Positions 8,684 through 17,134 of a stretch of DNA of 64,000 nucleotides are shown here, piece after piece. Position 1 is the first letter of the stretch, and each line of letters begins with the position of its first letter. The notes under the pieces were generated by a model. That model saw nothing but the letters and a program-made list of their open reading frames with translations, did not search any database and had not been told where the DNA came from. Made by a program: the position numbers and the translations under genes. This DNA is from an uncultured Thermoleophilia bacterium (GTDB lineage: Bacteria; Actinomycetota; Thermoleophilia; UBA2241), in NCBI GenBank assembly GCA_963696935.1, contig CAVOMB010000061.1, positions 8,089 through 72,088 of the forward strand, read 5' to 3'.

Positions 8684-9409
8684 TCACTTCGCCTTGAACG
8701 TCTTGGTCACACTCTTGGCGGTGAAGGTAGGGGTCGCCTTCACGCTGACCTTGACCTGATACGAACCCTTTTTGAGGACCTTGTACTTCCACGAGTAGGC
8801 ACCCTTCGCGGACGCCTTGGCCGTGGCGGCCTTGGCCTTGACCCACTTCGTGCCGACCTTGCGGTTCACCAGGATGGCGATCTTCGCGCCGGCCAGCTGG
8901 GCGATCGGGGTCGCGGTCCCGCTGATGGTCACCGTCTTGCCGACCTTGACCGTGGTCGGCGCGGCCTTGGCGGTCATGACCGTGCGCACGGCGGTGGCCG
9001 TCGGCGTCGGCGTCGGCGTAGGTGTCGGCGAGGTGTAGCCGTGACAGCCGACTGTCGTGCCGCAGCCGTTCGTCTTGTGCTGGTTCGAAGCGAGGATGGC
9101 GGTGACGCCGCCGTGGCACTTTCCGCAAGCCTTCGGCGTGACGCCCTTGTTCGCGGCCGCGAAGCCATCCGCATGGCACGAGGCGCAGGAGCCGCCGGAG
9201 TAGAGGCCGGCGTGCGTCGGATTGCTACTGTGCTTGGCAGAGGTGTGGCAGGCGTAGCAGGTCGTGTAGCTGGCCTGGGCGTTGGCATTCTGCGCGACCA
9301 GCAGCGCAGAGAACATGGCCAGCGCTATCAGCAGCGCGAGGACGACGACGGCCATGGTCCTGTTCCGGTGTACGTGCACGTTCCCCAATGGTGTCTCCCT
9401 TCGTTGCAT
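8684..9409 (-). CDS. Secreted multihaem c-type cytochrome fused to a Lys-rich Ig-like C-terminal domain
   Basis: Sec signal peptide (MAVVVLALLIALAMFSALLVAQNANA/QA). Three CxxCH motifs (CYACH, CASCH, CGKCH) plus CGTTVGCH lie within about 85 aa. A (TP)5 linker follows, then a beta-rich domain (TVKVGKTVTISGTATP...SYQVKVSVKATPTFTAKS). ATG at 9409 is preceded by GAGGTGG; an alternative ATG is at 9355. Confidence 0.7.
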   Translation of the reverse strand: MQRRETPLGNVHVHRNRTMAVVVLALLIALAMFSALLVAQNANAQASYTTCYACHTSAKHSSNPTHAGLYSGGSCASCHADGFAAANKGVTPKACGKCHGGVTAILASNQHKTNGCGTTVGCHGYTSPTPTPTPTPTATAVRTVMTAKAAPTTVKVGKTVTISGTATPIAQLAGAKIAILVNRKVGTKWVKAKAATAKASAKGAYSWKYKVLKKGSYQVKVSVKATPTFTAKSVTKTFKAK

Positions 9410-9433
9410 CCCACCTCGGACAGTGGAGGTGAA

Positions 9434-9439
9434 AATATA
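9434..9439 (-). promoter_or_regulatory. Candidate -10 box (TATATT) upstream of the cytochrome gene
   Basis: The minus strand reads gagTATATTttcacc about 25 nt upstream of the 9409 ATG. It lies in a locally AT-enriched stretch. The -35 (TGGTGA) is weak. Confidence 0.25.
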
Positions 9440-9724
9440 CTCGATTGCGCTCTTCTTCACCACTCGCACGACTACTTGGCAGGAGACTCAAGAGGAACGG
9501 GCGGGCAAATCACGGGTTTTCCCTTAACGGATGGGGGGCCCGGGAGGATGCGGCTGGGTGTGCGCCCCCCTGCGTCTCCTTCGATCGATCCGTCCGATTC
9601 AACTAGCAAGACGCACATTACCTGATTGTGCGGGGATTCACAACAGGAGAGGGCGGCAGGCTCTGCGGCCCACCGCCCTTTCGAGCGAACGCTGCGCGGG
9701 ACTTCACGTCCGGCCCTCCGACGT

Positions 9725-10050
9725 CTAACGCTTGACGGTGAACGTCGTGGCGTTGCCGGCCCCTGCGGACGTCGTCACAACGCTCACCCCGCGCTTGCCG
9801 GCCGTCGGCGTGAGCTTGGTGATCTTGGCGTGACCGGCACGGTCGTCACCGTGAAGGTCCCCACACTCGCGATGGTCCCCCGGTCGTCGTGATGGTGATG
9901 GGACCACTGGTGGCTCCCGCAGGCACTGTGACCTTCAAAGACGCGGGCGTGTCGACGGTGAACGTCGGGGCGGTCGCCGTGCCCACCTTGACCTCGGTGG
10001 TACCTGCGAACTGCGTGCCGGTAGTCCGTGCGCCGGTGCTACGGTGTGGC
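9725..10050 (-). pseudogene. 3' remnant of an IPT/TIG-repeat surface protein gene, frameshifted
   Basis: The minus strand reads GTQFAGTTEVKVGTATAPTFTVDTPASLKVTVPAGATSGPITITTTGG. After a 1-nt shift in the C5 run at 9877-9881 it continues TIASVGTFTVTTVPVTPKITKLTPTAGKRGVSVV...TFTVKR, then stop. This is the IPT/TIG domain pattern. No N-terminal part or signal peptide is present. Confidence 0.5.
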
Positions 10051-10163
10051 GCTGGCCGGCGAAGACGACTGACCGGCGCGTCCCATCGGACAACACAGGT
10101 TCCTGCAGGCTCGCGCCGAACATGCCGATACAGATGGAGCGATCGAAGCCAGCGGGAGCTTCA

Positions 10164-10646
10164 GTGCGCGACACGACACTACAGCGGGTATTCCTCACGT
10201 TCGCAGCCGGCGATCTGACCCGGGCACGGCCTGTGGCCGCCCGTCTGCTGGCCGGCGGCGGCATCGCCCTCGACCAGGCCTTCACCAGCGAACCCTTCGC
10301 CGGTCAGCGCGGCGACATCATCCGCGCCAGCCTCCTCGCGAGACTCCGCCACAGCGCGAGCGCGCTCTGCCTGTACGGTGCGAGGACCACCGACGACGAC
10401 TGGGTCCGCTGGGCGCTCGAGACGGCCGCCGACCTCCGGCTGCCGCTGCTCGGCGTTGCGCTGCCGGGCGAGGTCTCCGGCGACAGCGAGCGGTACCTCA
10501 CCCGTCTCGGCGCCGAACTGGTGCCGCTGGTCCGCGACGACATCGTCGCGCGTACGCACAGCTTCGCGACGCGCCGCGTCGCGCGGCCGCTCGACGCGGC
10601 GTCGATCGCCGAGACGCTGCGCCTCATGCGTCACCCCATCCGCTAG
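10164..10646 (+). CDS. TIR-like domain protein (DUF1863/ThsB-like pattern)
   Basis: RVFLTFAAGDLTRARPVAARLL...GDIIRASLLARLRHSASALCLYGARTTDDDWVRWALETAADLRLPLLGVAL follows the layout of MTH538/ThsB-type TIR-like domains (beta-A FISY-like strand, then S.WV.WE, then short strand). High GC3. GTG at 10164 has GGGAG 6 nt upstream; alternative ATGs are at 10122 and 10134. Confidence 0.45.
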   Translation: MRDTTLQRVFLTFAAGDLTRARPVAARLLAGGGIALDQAFTSEPFAGQRGDIIRASLLARLRHSASALCLYGARTTDDDWVRWALETAADLRLPLLGVALPGEVSGDSERYLTRLGAELVPLVRDDIVARTHSFATRRVARPLDAASIAETLRLMRHPIR

Positions 10647-10657
10647 CACTCTCGCTC

Positions 10658-11482
10658 GTGCGCCCGCGCCCGGTCATCATCACCGCCGCGCTCACCGGGT
10701 CGCGGATCACCAAAGAGCAGTGCCCGGCCGTGCCGATCACGCCCGCCGAGATCGCGGCCGAGGGCACCGCCGCGTGGCGAGCAGGCGCCGCAGTCGTCCA
10801 CATCCACGTGCGCGACGCGAGCGGTCAGGGCGCGCAGGACATGGACGCGTTCGGTCAGGTCGTGGAGACGCTCCGCGCCGAGACCGACGCGATCCTCTGC
10901 CTCACCACCAGCGGGATCCCGGGCAGGAACCTCCCGACTGTCGAGCGCATCGCGCCCCTGCGGCTGCAGCCCGAGATGGCCAGCTTCGACGCCGGGACCA
11001 TCCAGATGGACGCCGGCCTCTTCGTCAACGAGCCGGCGTTCCTCGACGCCCTGGCGGCCGAGGCGCTGGCGCGCGGCGTCAAGCTCGAGCTCGAGTGCTT
11101 CACCCTCGAGATGGTCGAGACGGCGCTGCGGTACCACGCCGAGGGCAAAATCCCGGCGCCGCTGCACTTCCAGTTCGTCACCGGCACACGGCACGGCATG
11201 CCGGCGACGGCCGCGGCGCTCGTGGAGGCCGTCGCGCTGCTGCCGGAGGACGCGACCTGGTCGGTCATCGGCGTCGGCCGCAGCCAGACGCCCATGGCGA
11301 TGCTGGCGCTGGCCATGGGCGGTCACGTCCGCATGGGCCTGGAGGACAACATCCACTACCGGCGCGGCGAGCTGGCCACCGGCAACGCGCAGCTCGTCGA
11401 GCGCGCCGTGCGCCTGGCCGGCGAGCTCGGACGGCCGGTCGCGTCGTCCGCCGAGGCGCGCGAGCTGCTGAGCCTGGGCTGA
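10658..11482 (+). CDS. 3-keto-5-aminohexanoate cleavage enzyme family (BKACE/DUF849)
   Basis: PVIITAALTGS...PITPAEIA...AGAAVVHIHVRD...LCLTTSG...MGGHVRMGLEDN are hallmark BKACE motifs. Confidence 0.85.
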   Translation: MRPRPVIITAALTGSRITKEQCPAVPITPAEIAAEGTAAWRAGAAVVHIHVRDASGQGAQDMDAFGQVVETLRAETDAILCLTTSGIPGRNLPTVERIAPLRLQPEMASFDAGTIQMDAGLFVNEPAFLDALAAEALARGVKLELECFTLEMVETALRYHAEGKIPAPLHFQFVTGTRHGMPATAAALVEAVALLPEDATWSVIGVGRSQTPMAMLALAMGGHVRMGLEDNIHYRRGELATGNAQLVERAVRLAGELGRPVASSAEARELLSLG

Positions 11483-11544
11483 CCGGCGGAAGGTCGGGGC
11501 CGGGCGCCTCGCGCCGCCGGGAGCCCTCGCGGGCGCCCCGTCCG

Positions 11545-12861
11545 TCAGCCGCGCGCGAGGCCGTCGGCGACTGTCAGCACCTCGTCGAGGATGCCCAGAC
11601 CCGTCGCGATCTCGTCGCGCCCGACGACGAGCGGAGGCGCGACCAGGAGCAGGTTCCCGTGCGGATACACGTGCAGGCCGCGGTCGAGGGCGGCGCGCCT
11701 GAGCGCCGCCACAGGCGCTGCGGCCTCGCCGCGCGCCGCGTAGGGCACCAGCGGCTCGCGGGTCTCGCGGTCGCGCACCAGCTCGAGACCCCACAGCAGG
11801 CCGATGCCGCGCACCTCGCCGACGGACGGGTGCGCGCCGGCGAGCTCACGGAGGCCGGCCCCGAGCGCCTCGCCCATCACCGCGGCGTTCGTCACCAGTC
11901 CCTCTTCGCGCAGCGCCTCGACGGTCGCGACTCCGGCGGCGCACGCGAGCGGGTGCCCGCAAGCGGTGAGCCCGCTCGCGAACTCGTGCTCCTCCAGCCA
12001 CGGCCGCAGCTTCTCGCTCACGACCACGGCGCCGAGCGGCACGGCGCCGCCGCTGATGCCCTTGGCCAGCGTCATGATGTCGGGAACGACGTCCCAGTGG
12101 TCGCAGCCGAACCAGCGTCCCGTGCGGCCGAACCCGGTCATCACCTCATCCAGGATGAGCAGGATGCCGTGCCTGTCGCAGACCTCGCGGATGGAGGCGA
12201 GGTAGCCCGGCGGCGGGACCAGCACACCGTTGGCGCCGGTGACCGTCTCCAGCAGCACCGCGGCCACGGACTCGGGACCCTCGAACGTCAGGATCTCCTC
12301 CAGGTGGGGACCGCCGGCGCAGACGGGGCACGCGGCGCCGGCGGGATGCGGGCCGGCGACGCAGCGGTACGGGTAGGGGTCGTGCAGCCGCACGACCCCC
12401 GGCACGGAGGGCTCCGCCGGCCAGCGCCGCGAGTCTCCGGTGAGCGCCGCGGCGCCCGCGGTCGCCCCGTGATAGCTGCGGTAGCGGGCGACGATCTTCT
12501 GGCGCCCGGTCACCCACCGCGCGAGCTTGACCGCGTTCTCGTTGGCGTCGGCTCCCCCGGTCGTGAACAGCGTCATGCCGAGGTCGCCCGGCGTCACCTC
12601 CGCGAGCAGCAGGGCCAGCTGCGACCGCGGCTCGCTGGCGAACGACGGCGCCAGGCCGTACAGCGTGCCCGCCTGGCGCCGCACCGCCTCGACCAGCCGC
12701 GGGTGCTGGTGTCCGAGACCGGCGTTGACGACCTGGGAGGCGAAGTCGAGGTAGCGCCGGCCCTGGTCGTCCCAGAACCAGCACCCCTCCCCACCGGCCA
12801 CCCGGACGGGGTCCAGGCCGGCCTGCACGCTCCAGGAGTAGATGACGTGTTCGCGGTCCAC
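11545..12861 (-). CDS. Class-III (omega) aminotransferase, PLP-dependent
   Basis: 438-aa ORF with GEGCWFWDDQGRRYLDFASQVVNAGLGHQHP, ILLILDEVMTGFGRTGRWF, and TLAKGISGG (PLP lysine). Confidence 0.9.
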   Translation of the reverse strand: MDREHVIYSWSVQAGLDPVRVAGGEGCWFWDDQGRRYLDFASQVVNAGLGHQHPRLVEAVRRQAGTLYGLAPSFASEPRSQLALLLAEVTPGDLGMTLFTTGGADANENAVKLARWVTGRQKIVARYRSYHGATAGAAALTGDSRRWPAEPSVPGVVRLHDPYPYRCVAGPHPAGAACPVCAGGPHLEEILTFEGPESVAAVLLETVTGANGVLVPPPGYLASIREVCDRHGILLILDEVMTGFGRTGRWFGCDHWDVVPDIMTLAKGISGGAVPLGAVVVSEKLRPWLEEHEFASGLTACGHPLACAAGVATVEALREEGLVTNAAVMGEALGAGLRELAGAHPSVGEVRGIGLLWGLELVRDRETREPLVPYAARGEAAAPVAALRRAALDRGLHVYPHGNLLLVAPPLVVGRDEIATGLGILDEVLTVADGLARG

Positions 12862-13036
12862 GCCGCGACTCTATCGGGTCCGCCCGGCGCCTGCAGCGCA
12901 GCCGCGGAGGCCCAGCACCGCCGGCGCAGAGGCCCTGTACCTCACTGCGCCGCTTGAACCCCAGACGGCCGGGGCACCAGAGCTGTAAGGAGACAGCCCG
13001 GCAGCCGGCCGGCTCCCTTCGATCCGGGAGGACACC

Positions 13037-13732
13037 ATGAACATCGGCATCATCGGCTCCAGCACCGTGGCGCAGACGCTGGCGACGAAGCTGCTCGAGC
13101 TCGGCCACAGCGTGATGGTCAGCTCACGCGACACCTCGCTGGCCAAAGACCTCGGCCCCCGCGGCACCGTTCCGTCGGCGGCGGACTTCGCCGCGGCGCA
13201 ACGCGCGCTCGGCCGCGAGGCGGCGGCAGGCGGCTTCGCCGACGCCGCCGCCCACGGCGAAGTCGTGATCAACGCCACGGCCGGCGGCCATTCGCTGGAG
13301 GCCCTGGAGGCCGCCGGCGCCGCCAACCTCGCCGGCAAGATCCTCGTCGACGTCGCCAACGCCCTCGACTTCTCGCGCGGCACGCCGCCCACACTGCTCT
13401 TCTGCAACACCGACTCGCTGGCGGAGCGGATCCAGGCCGCGTTCCCCGAGGCCCGCGTGGTGAAGACGCTCAACACGATCACCGCCATGGTGATGGTCGA
13501 CCCGGCGCAGTTCGAGGAACCCACGGCGATCTTCGTCGCCGGCAACGACCAAGCGGCCAAGGACTGGGTGCGCACGGAGCTGCTCGAGGGCTGGTTCGGC
13601 TGGCGGCAGACGCTGGACGTGGGCGACGTCACCGCCGCGCGCGGCCTCGAGATGTGGATGCCCCTGTGGCTGCGCCTGATGAGCGCGACCGGCACGCCCT
13701 TCTTCAACATCCGCATCGTCAAGGCCGGCTGA
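13037..13732 (+). CDS. NAD(P)-binding oxidoreductase of the F420-dependent NADP reductase (Npd/F420_oxidored) type
   Basis: MNIGIIGSSTVAQTLATKLLELGHSVMVSSRD is a Rossmann N-terminus. The length and C-terminal pattern fit the family. GGGAGGA lies upstream of the ATG. Confidence 0.7.
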   Translation: MNIGIIGSSTVAQTLATKLLELGHSVMVSSRDTSLAKDLGPRGTVPSAADFAAAQRALGREAAAGGFADAAAHGEVVINATAGGHSLEALEAAGAANLAGKILVDVANALDFSRGTPPTLLFCNTDSLAERIQAAFPEARVVKTLNTITAMVMVDPAQFEEPTAIFVAGNDQAAKDWVRTELLEGWFGWRQTLDVGDVTAARGLEMWMPLWLRLMSATGTPFFNIRIVKAG

Positions 13733-13813
13733 GTTCGGTCAGAATGGGGCCGGCCGGTGCCGCATCGCGACCGGCTGGGTACAAGCCGGACAATCAAGCC
13801 GGAAGGAGAGCGC

Positions 13814-14854
13814 GTGACCAAGGTGACCGACGACCGCGGCGACGCGGCGCTCGTGGAGTTCATCCGCCGCCTACCCAAGGCCGAGCTGCACCTGCACATA
13901 GAGGGCACGCTCGAGCCGGAGTTGCTGCTCGAGCTCGGCAGGCGCAACGGCATCGAGCTCCCGTGCTCCACCGCCGAAGAGTGCCGCGCGCAGTACCGCT
14001 TCAGCGACCTCCAGGCCTTCCTGGACATCTACTACGAGGGCGTGGCGGTGCTGGTCACCGAGCAGGACTTCTACGACCTGACCATGGCCTACGTGCGCCG
14101 GGTGGCAGCCGACGGAGCCCGGCACGTGGAGGTGTTCTTCGACCCGCAGAGCCACGTGCCGCGGGGCGTGCCGTTCGCGACTCTGGTCGGCGGCCTCACG
14201 CGCGCGCTGCGTGAAGGGGAGGCTGAGTACGGCGTCAGCTGGCGGCTGATCATGTGCTTCCTGCGCGACCGGCCGGCGGCCGAGGCGCTGGAGATGCTGG
14301 AGCTCGCGCTGCCTCACCGCGACGTCATCGCCGGCGTCGGGCTCGACTCGGCCGAGGTCGGCCACCCTCCGGACGCGTTCGCCGAGGTGTACGAGAAGGC
14401 CCGGGCGGCGGGCTTCGTCGCCGTCGCGCACGCCGGCGAGGAGGGCCCGCCCCAGTACATCAAGGACGCTCTGGACGTGCTCAAGGTGCGCCGCGTCGAC
14501 CACGGGGTCGCCGCCGGCAAGGACCCCGCGCTGATGCGGCGGCTCGCCGACGAGCGCGTCCCGCTCACCATGTGCCCGCTGAGCAACCTCGAGCTCCAGG
14601 TGACGCCGGACCTCTCGGAGCACCCGCTCAAGAAGCTCCTGGACGCCGGGCTGGTGGTGACCGTCAACTCGGACGACCCGGCGTACTTCGGCGGTTACCT
14701 GCTGGACAACTACGTGGCGGTGCAGCGTGCGCTGGGCCTGAGCAGGCACGACCTGGCCCAGCTGGCGCGCAACTCGATAGCCGCCTCGCTGCTGCCCGAC
14801 GAGCGCAAGGCGGCGCTCGTCGGGGAGATCGACCTGGTCGCGGCCGCGACCTGA
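13814..14854 (+). CDS. Adenine deaminase of the adenosine/AMP deaminase superfamily (type 2)
   Basis: LPKAELHLHIEGTLEPELLLELGRRNG, HAGEEGPP, and VTVNSDDPAYFGG match the family. GTG at 13814 is preceded by GGAAGGAG. Confidence 0.85.
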   Translation: MTKVTDDRGDAALVEFIRRLPKAELHLHIEGTLEPELLLELGRRNGIELPCSTAEECRAQYRFSDLQAFLDIYYEGVAVLVTEQDFYDLTMAYVRRVAADGARHVEVFFDPQSHVPRGVPFATLVGGLTRALREGEAEYGVSWRLIMCFLRDRPAAEALEMLELALPHRDVIAGVGLDSAEVGHPPDAFAEVYEKARAAGFVAVAHAGEEGPPQYIKDALDVLKVRRVDHGVAAGKDPALMRRLADERVPLTMCPLSNLELQVTPDLSEHPLKKLLDAGLVVTVNSDDPAYFGGYLLDNYVAVQRALGLSRHDLAQLARNSIAASLLPDERKAALVGEIDLVAAAT

Positions 14855-14884
14855 CGGCGGTCGGGACCCGGGGCGACCGTCCGC

Positions 14885-15661
14885 TCAGGCGGTCACGCCG
14901 CCGTCCACCACGAAGGTGCGGCCGGTGACGAAGCTGCCGTCGTCGCTCGCCAGGAACGCGACGGCGGCGGCCAGCTCTTCCGGCCTCCCGATGCGCTTGA
15001 GCGGATACTCGTCCTCCATGCCCTCGCTGTACGCCGGGTCGTCCGCGTCGGCGATCGCTTTGGCGAGCATCGGCGTGTCGAAGACCGCCGGGCTCACGCT
15101 GCACACGCGCACGCCGTCCGGCCCGTGGTCGATGGCCAAGGCGCGCGTCATCATCACCACGCCGGCCTTGGCCGCCGAGTAGGCCGCGGCGTTGGGCTCG
15201 CCGTGGATGCCCGAGTCGCTGGCGAGGTTGACGATGACACCCGAGCCGCGCGGCGCCATGTGGCGCAGGCCCGCGCGGCACATGAAGTACACGCCCTTCA
15301 GGTCGGTCCCCATCAGGCGGTCGTACTCCTCCTCGCTCATCTCGACGATCGGCTTCTCGATCCAGATGCCGGCCGAGTTGACGAGGATGTCGAGGTGGCC
15401 GAGACGCGCGACCGCCTCCTCGACCATGCGGTCACAGTCGGCGACCACGGAGACGTCGCCGAGCACCACGGTGTGCCCGGGCTCGTGGCCGCCCCACGCC
15501 GAACGCTCCGAGGCCTCGGCGGCCACGGCGGCCGCCCTCGCCTCGTGCCTGCCGCCGACGGCGACGCTCACGCCCTCCTCGGCGAGCCGCCAGACGATCG
15601 CCTCTCCGAGGCCCGAGGAGCCGCCGGTGACCAGCGCTGTTTTGCCTTGCAGTCCGCGCAT
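14885..15661 (-). CDS. Short-chain dehydrogenase/reductase (SDR)
   Basis: [15 protein letters not shown] (TGxxxGxG), NSAG, and YSAAKAGV (YxxxK) are present. 258 aa. Confidence 0.9.
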   Translation of the reverse strand: MRGLQGKTALVTGGSSGLGEAIVWRLAEEGVSVAVGGRHEARAAAVAAEASERSAWGGHEPGHTVVLGDVSVVADCDRMVEEAVARLGHLDILVNSAGIWIEKPIVEMSEEEYDRLMGTDLKGVYFMCRAGLRHMAPRGSGVIVNLASDSGIHGEPNAAAYSAAKAGVVMMTRALAIDHGPDGVRVCSVSPAVFDTPMLAKAIADADDPAYSEGMEDEYPLKRIGRPEELAAAVAFLASDDGSFVTGRTFVVDGGVTA

Positions 15662-15669
15662 CGTGCCTC

Positions 15670-16155
15670 CTACTGCGCCGCGTAGCCGCCGTCGACCGGC
15701 AACAGCGCGCCGGTGATGAAGCTCGCGTCATCGTTGGCCAGGAACGCGACCGTCGCAGCCGCCTCTGAGGGCAGGCCGATGCGGCCGATCGGGTGGTACT
15801 CGTTGAGCAACTCGCGGTACGAGTCCGGAGTCATGCCGATCCGGTACGACTCGCGCTCGAACAGCGGTGTGTCGATCTCGCCGCAGCAGATGGCATTCAC
15901 ACGGATGCCATGCTGCGCGTAGTCGAGCGCCATCGCCTTGGTGATCTCCCGACGCCGCCTTTGCTCGCGCAGTAGGCGGCGCCGTTGCGCTCGCCCACCA
16001 GAGCCGCCACCGCCGGCGGCCTTCGCGAAGCTGATCTGCGTGGCGGCGATCGCGGCCAGCGCGGTGCGCAGTCCCGTGCCGTGACTCGTGCCAGGAGCGC
16101 TCATGCGCGGACCTCCCCCGTCGTCGCCTGCCCCGCCCCGAGGGCGTAGCAACAC
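15670..16155 (-). pseudogene. N-terminally truncated, frameshifted SDR paralogue
   Basis: The C-terminal half is intact (EITKAMALDYAQHGIRVNAICCGEIDTPL...[16 protein letters not shown]). The catalytic YCASKGGV lies in another frame, with a missing G in the run at 15948-15950 and a probable extra G near 16011. There is no room for the Rossmann N-terminus before the next gene. Confidence 0.55.
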
Positions 16156-16228
16156 GATACGTCGCGGGATGCGGACGTCAACGAGCGATCTTCGGCAAGC
16201 TGAGCACCCGCCGCCGGGCGCGCCGGCG

Positions 16229-16939
16229 TCAGACGGCGGCGAAGCGCTCGCGGAAGCGCGCGGCCGCCCCCGGCGCGAGCGGGCGGCCGTGCGAGAAGAG
16301 CGCCGCCTCGAACTGCAGCTCCGCCAGCCGGTGCAGGCTGCGCATGCCTTCGGCGATGTCCTCGTAGAGGGGGCCGACGCCGAGCCTGCCGCCCAGGTCG
16401 GTGGCGGCGTCGCCGACGATCAGCACGCCGCGGTCCCGCGGCAGCAACAGGGAGATATGACCCTCGGTGTGGCCCGGGGTGTGCACGACGGAGGCGCCGA
16501 AGGGCAGCTCGTCGCCGTCGTGGAGGTCGTGCTCGACGGCGAGGGGGTCCCCGTCGGGCATGGGTCGCAAGGACATGGTGCGGACGATGACGCCGCGGAC
16601 CGCTCCGGGGCCCGGCTCCAGTTGCCGGTAGGTCTTGCCCTCGCGGACGAGCGCCGCGTCCTCCGCGCCCATCCACACCTCGGCGCCCGTGTGCTCCTTG
16701 ACCGCGGCGAGCCCGCCCACATGGTCGCCGTGCAGGTGGGTGATGACCACGCCGCGCAGCTCGCGCGGCCCTCTCCCAAGCGCAAGGATACCCCCGCCGA
16801 TGCGCTCGGCCGCGGCGTCGACGCCGGTATCGACGAGCCAGAGCCCGCCGCCGTCGTCCTCCACGAAGAACACGTTCACGAATCCGAGGCCGAGCTGGTA
16901 GACGCCGCTCGCGACTTGCCTGGGCACCGACGCTTTCAT
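16229..16939 (-). CDS. MBL-fold metallo-hydrolase
   Basis: VITHLHGDHVGG (HxHxDH), HTPGHTEGH, and a 236-aa length. ATG at 16939 is preceded by GGAGGAGAG. The rest of the 693-aa track ORF is an antisense shadow. Confidence 0.85.
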   Translation of the reverse strand: MKASVPRQVASGVYQLGLGFVNVFFVEDDGGGLWLVDTGVDAAAERIGGGILALGRGPRELRGVVITHLHGDHVGGLAAVKEHTGAEVWMGAEDAALVREGKTYRQLEPGPGAVRGVIVRTMSLRPMPDGDPLAVEHDLHDGDELPFGASVVHTPGHTEGHISLLLPRDRGVLIVGDAATDLGGRLGVGPLYEDIAEGMRSLHRLAELQFEAALFSHGRPLAPGAAARFRERFAAV

Positions 16940-17134
16940 GGCTCTCCTCCGACGGATGTGCCTGTCCTGCCGTCCAGTATGGCACGCGAGTGGGTAGGAA
17001 GGCCGCGTCGGACCTCCTAAGAGGTTCAGATTCTCTCGACCGCAGCCGATAGTGCGAGCAAACGGGGGCGCGCGGGGCGCGTACCTCCACAGCACCGCCT
17101 CGACGAGGCGGCGGGGACCGAGGAGGAACACAAC

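Noticed and set aside
10378-12957. 859-aa plus-strand ORF
   Set aside because: It runs out of frame through the BKACE gene on the same strand and antisense through the aminotransferase gene. The composition is low-complexity Arg/Gly/Ala. Both overlapped genes have strong family motifs.
10164-14854. Complete Thoeris-like or RADAR-like defence system around the TIR-like gene and the adenine deaminase
   Set aside because: There is no ThsA-type effector, no large ATPase, and the deaminase is an ordinary 347-aa type-2 adenine deaminase. The neighbours are metabolic genes. Only the orphan TIR-like gene is reported.
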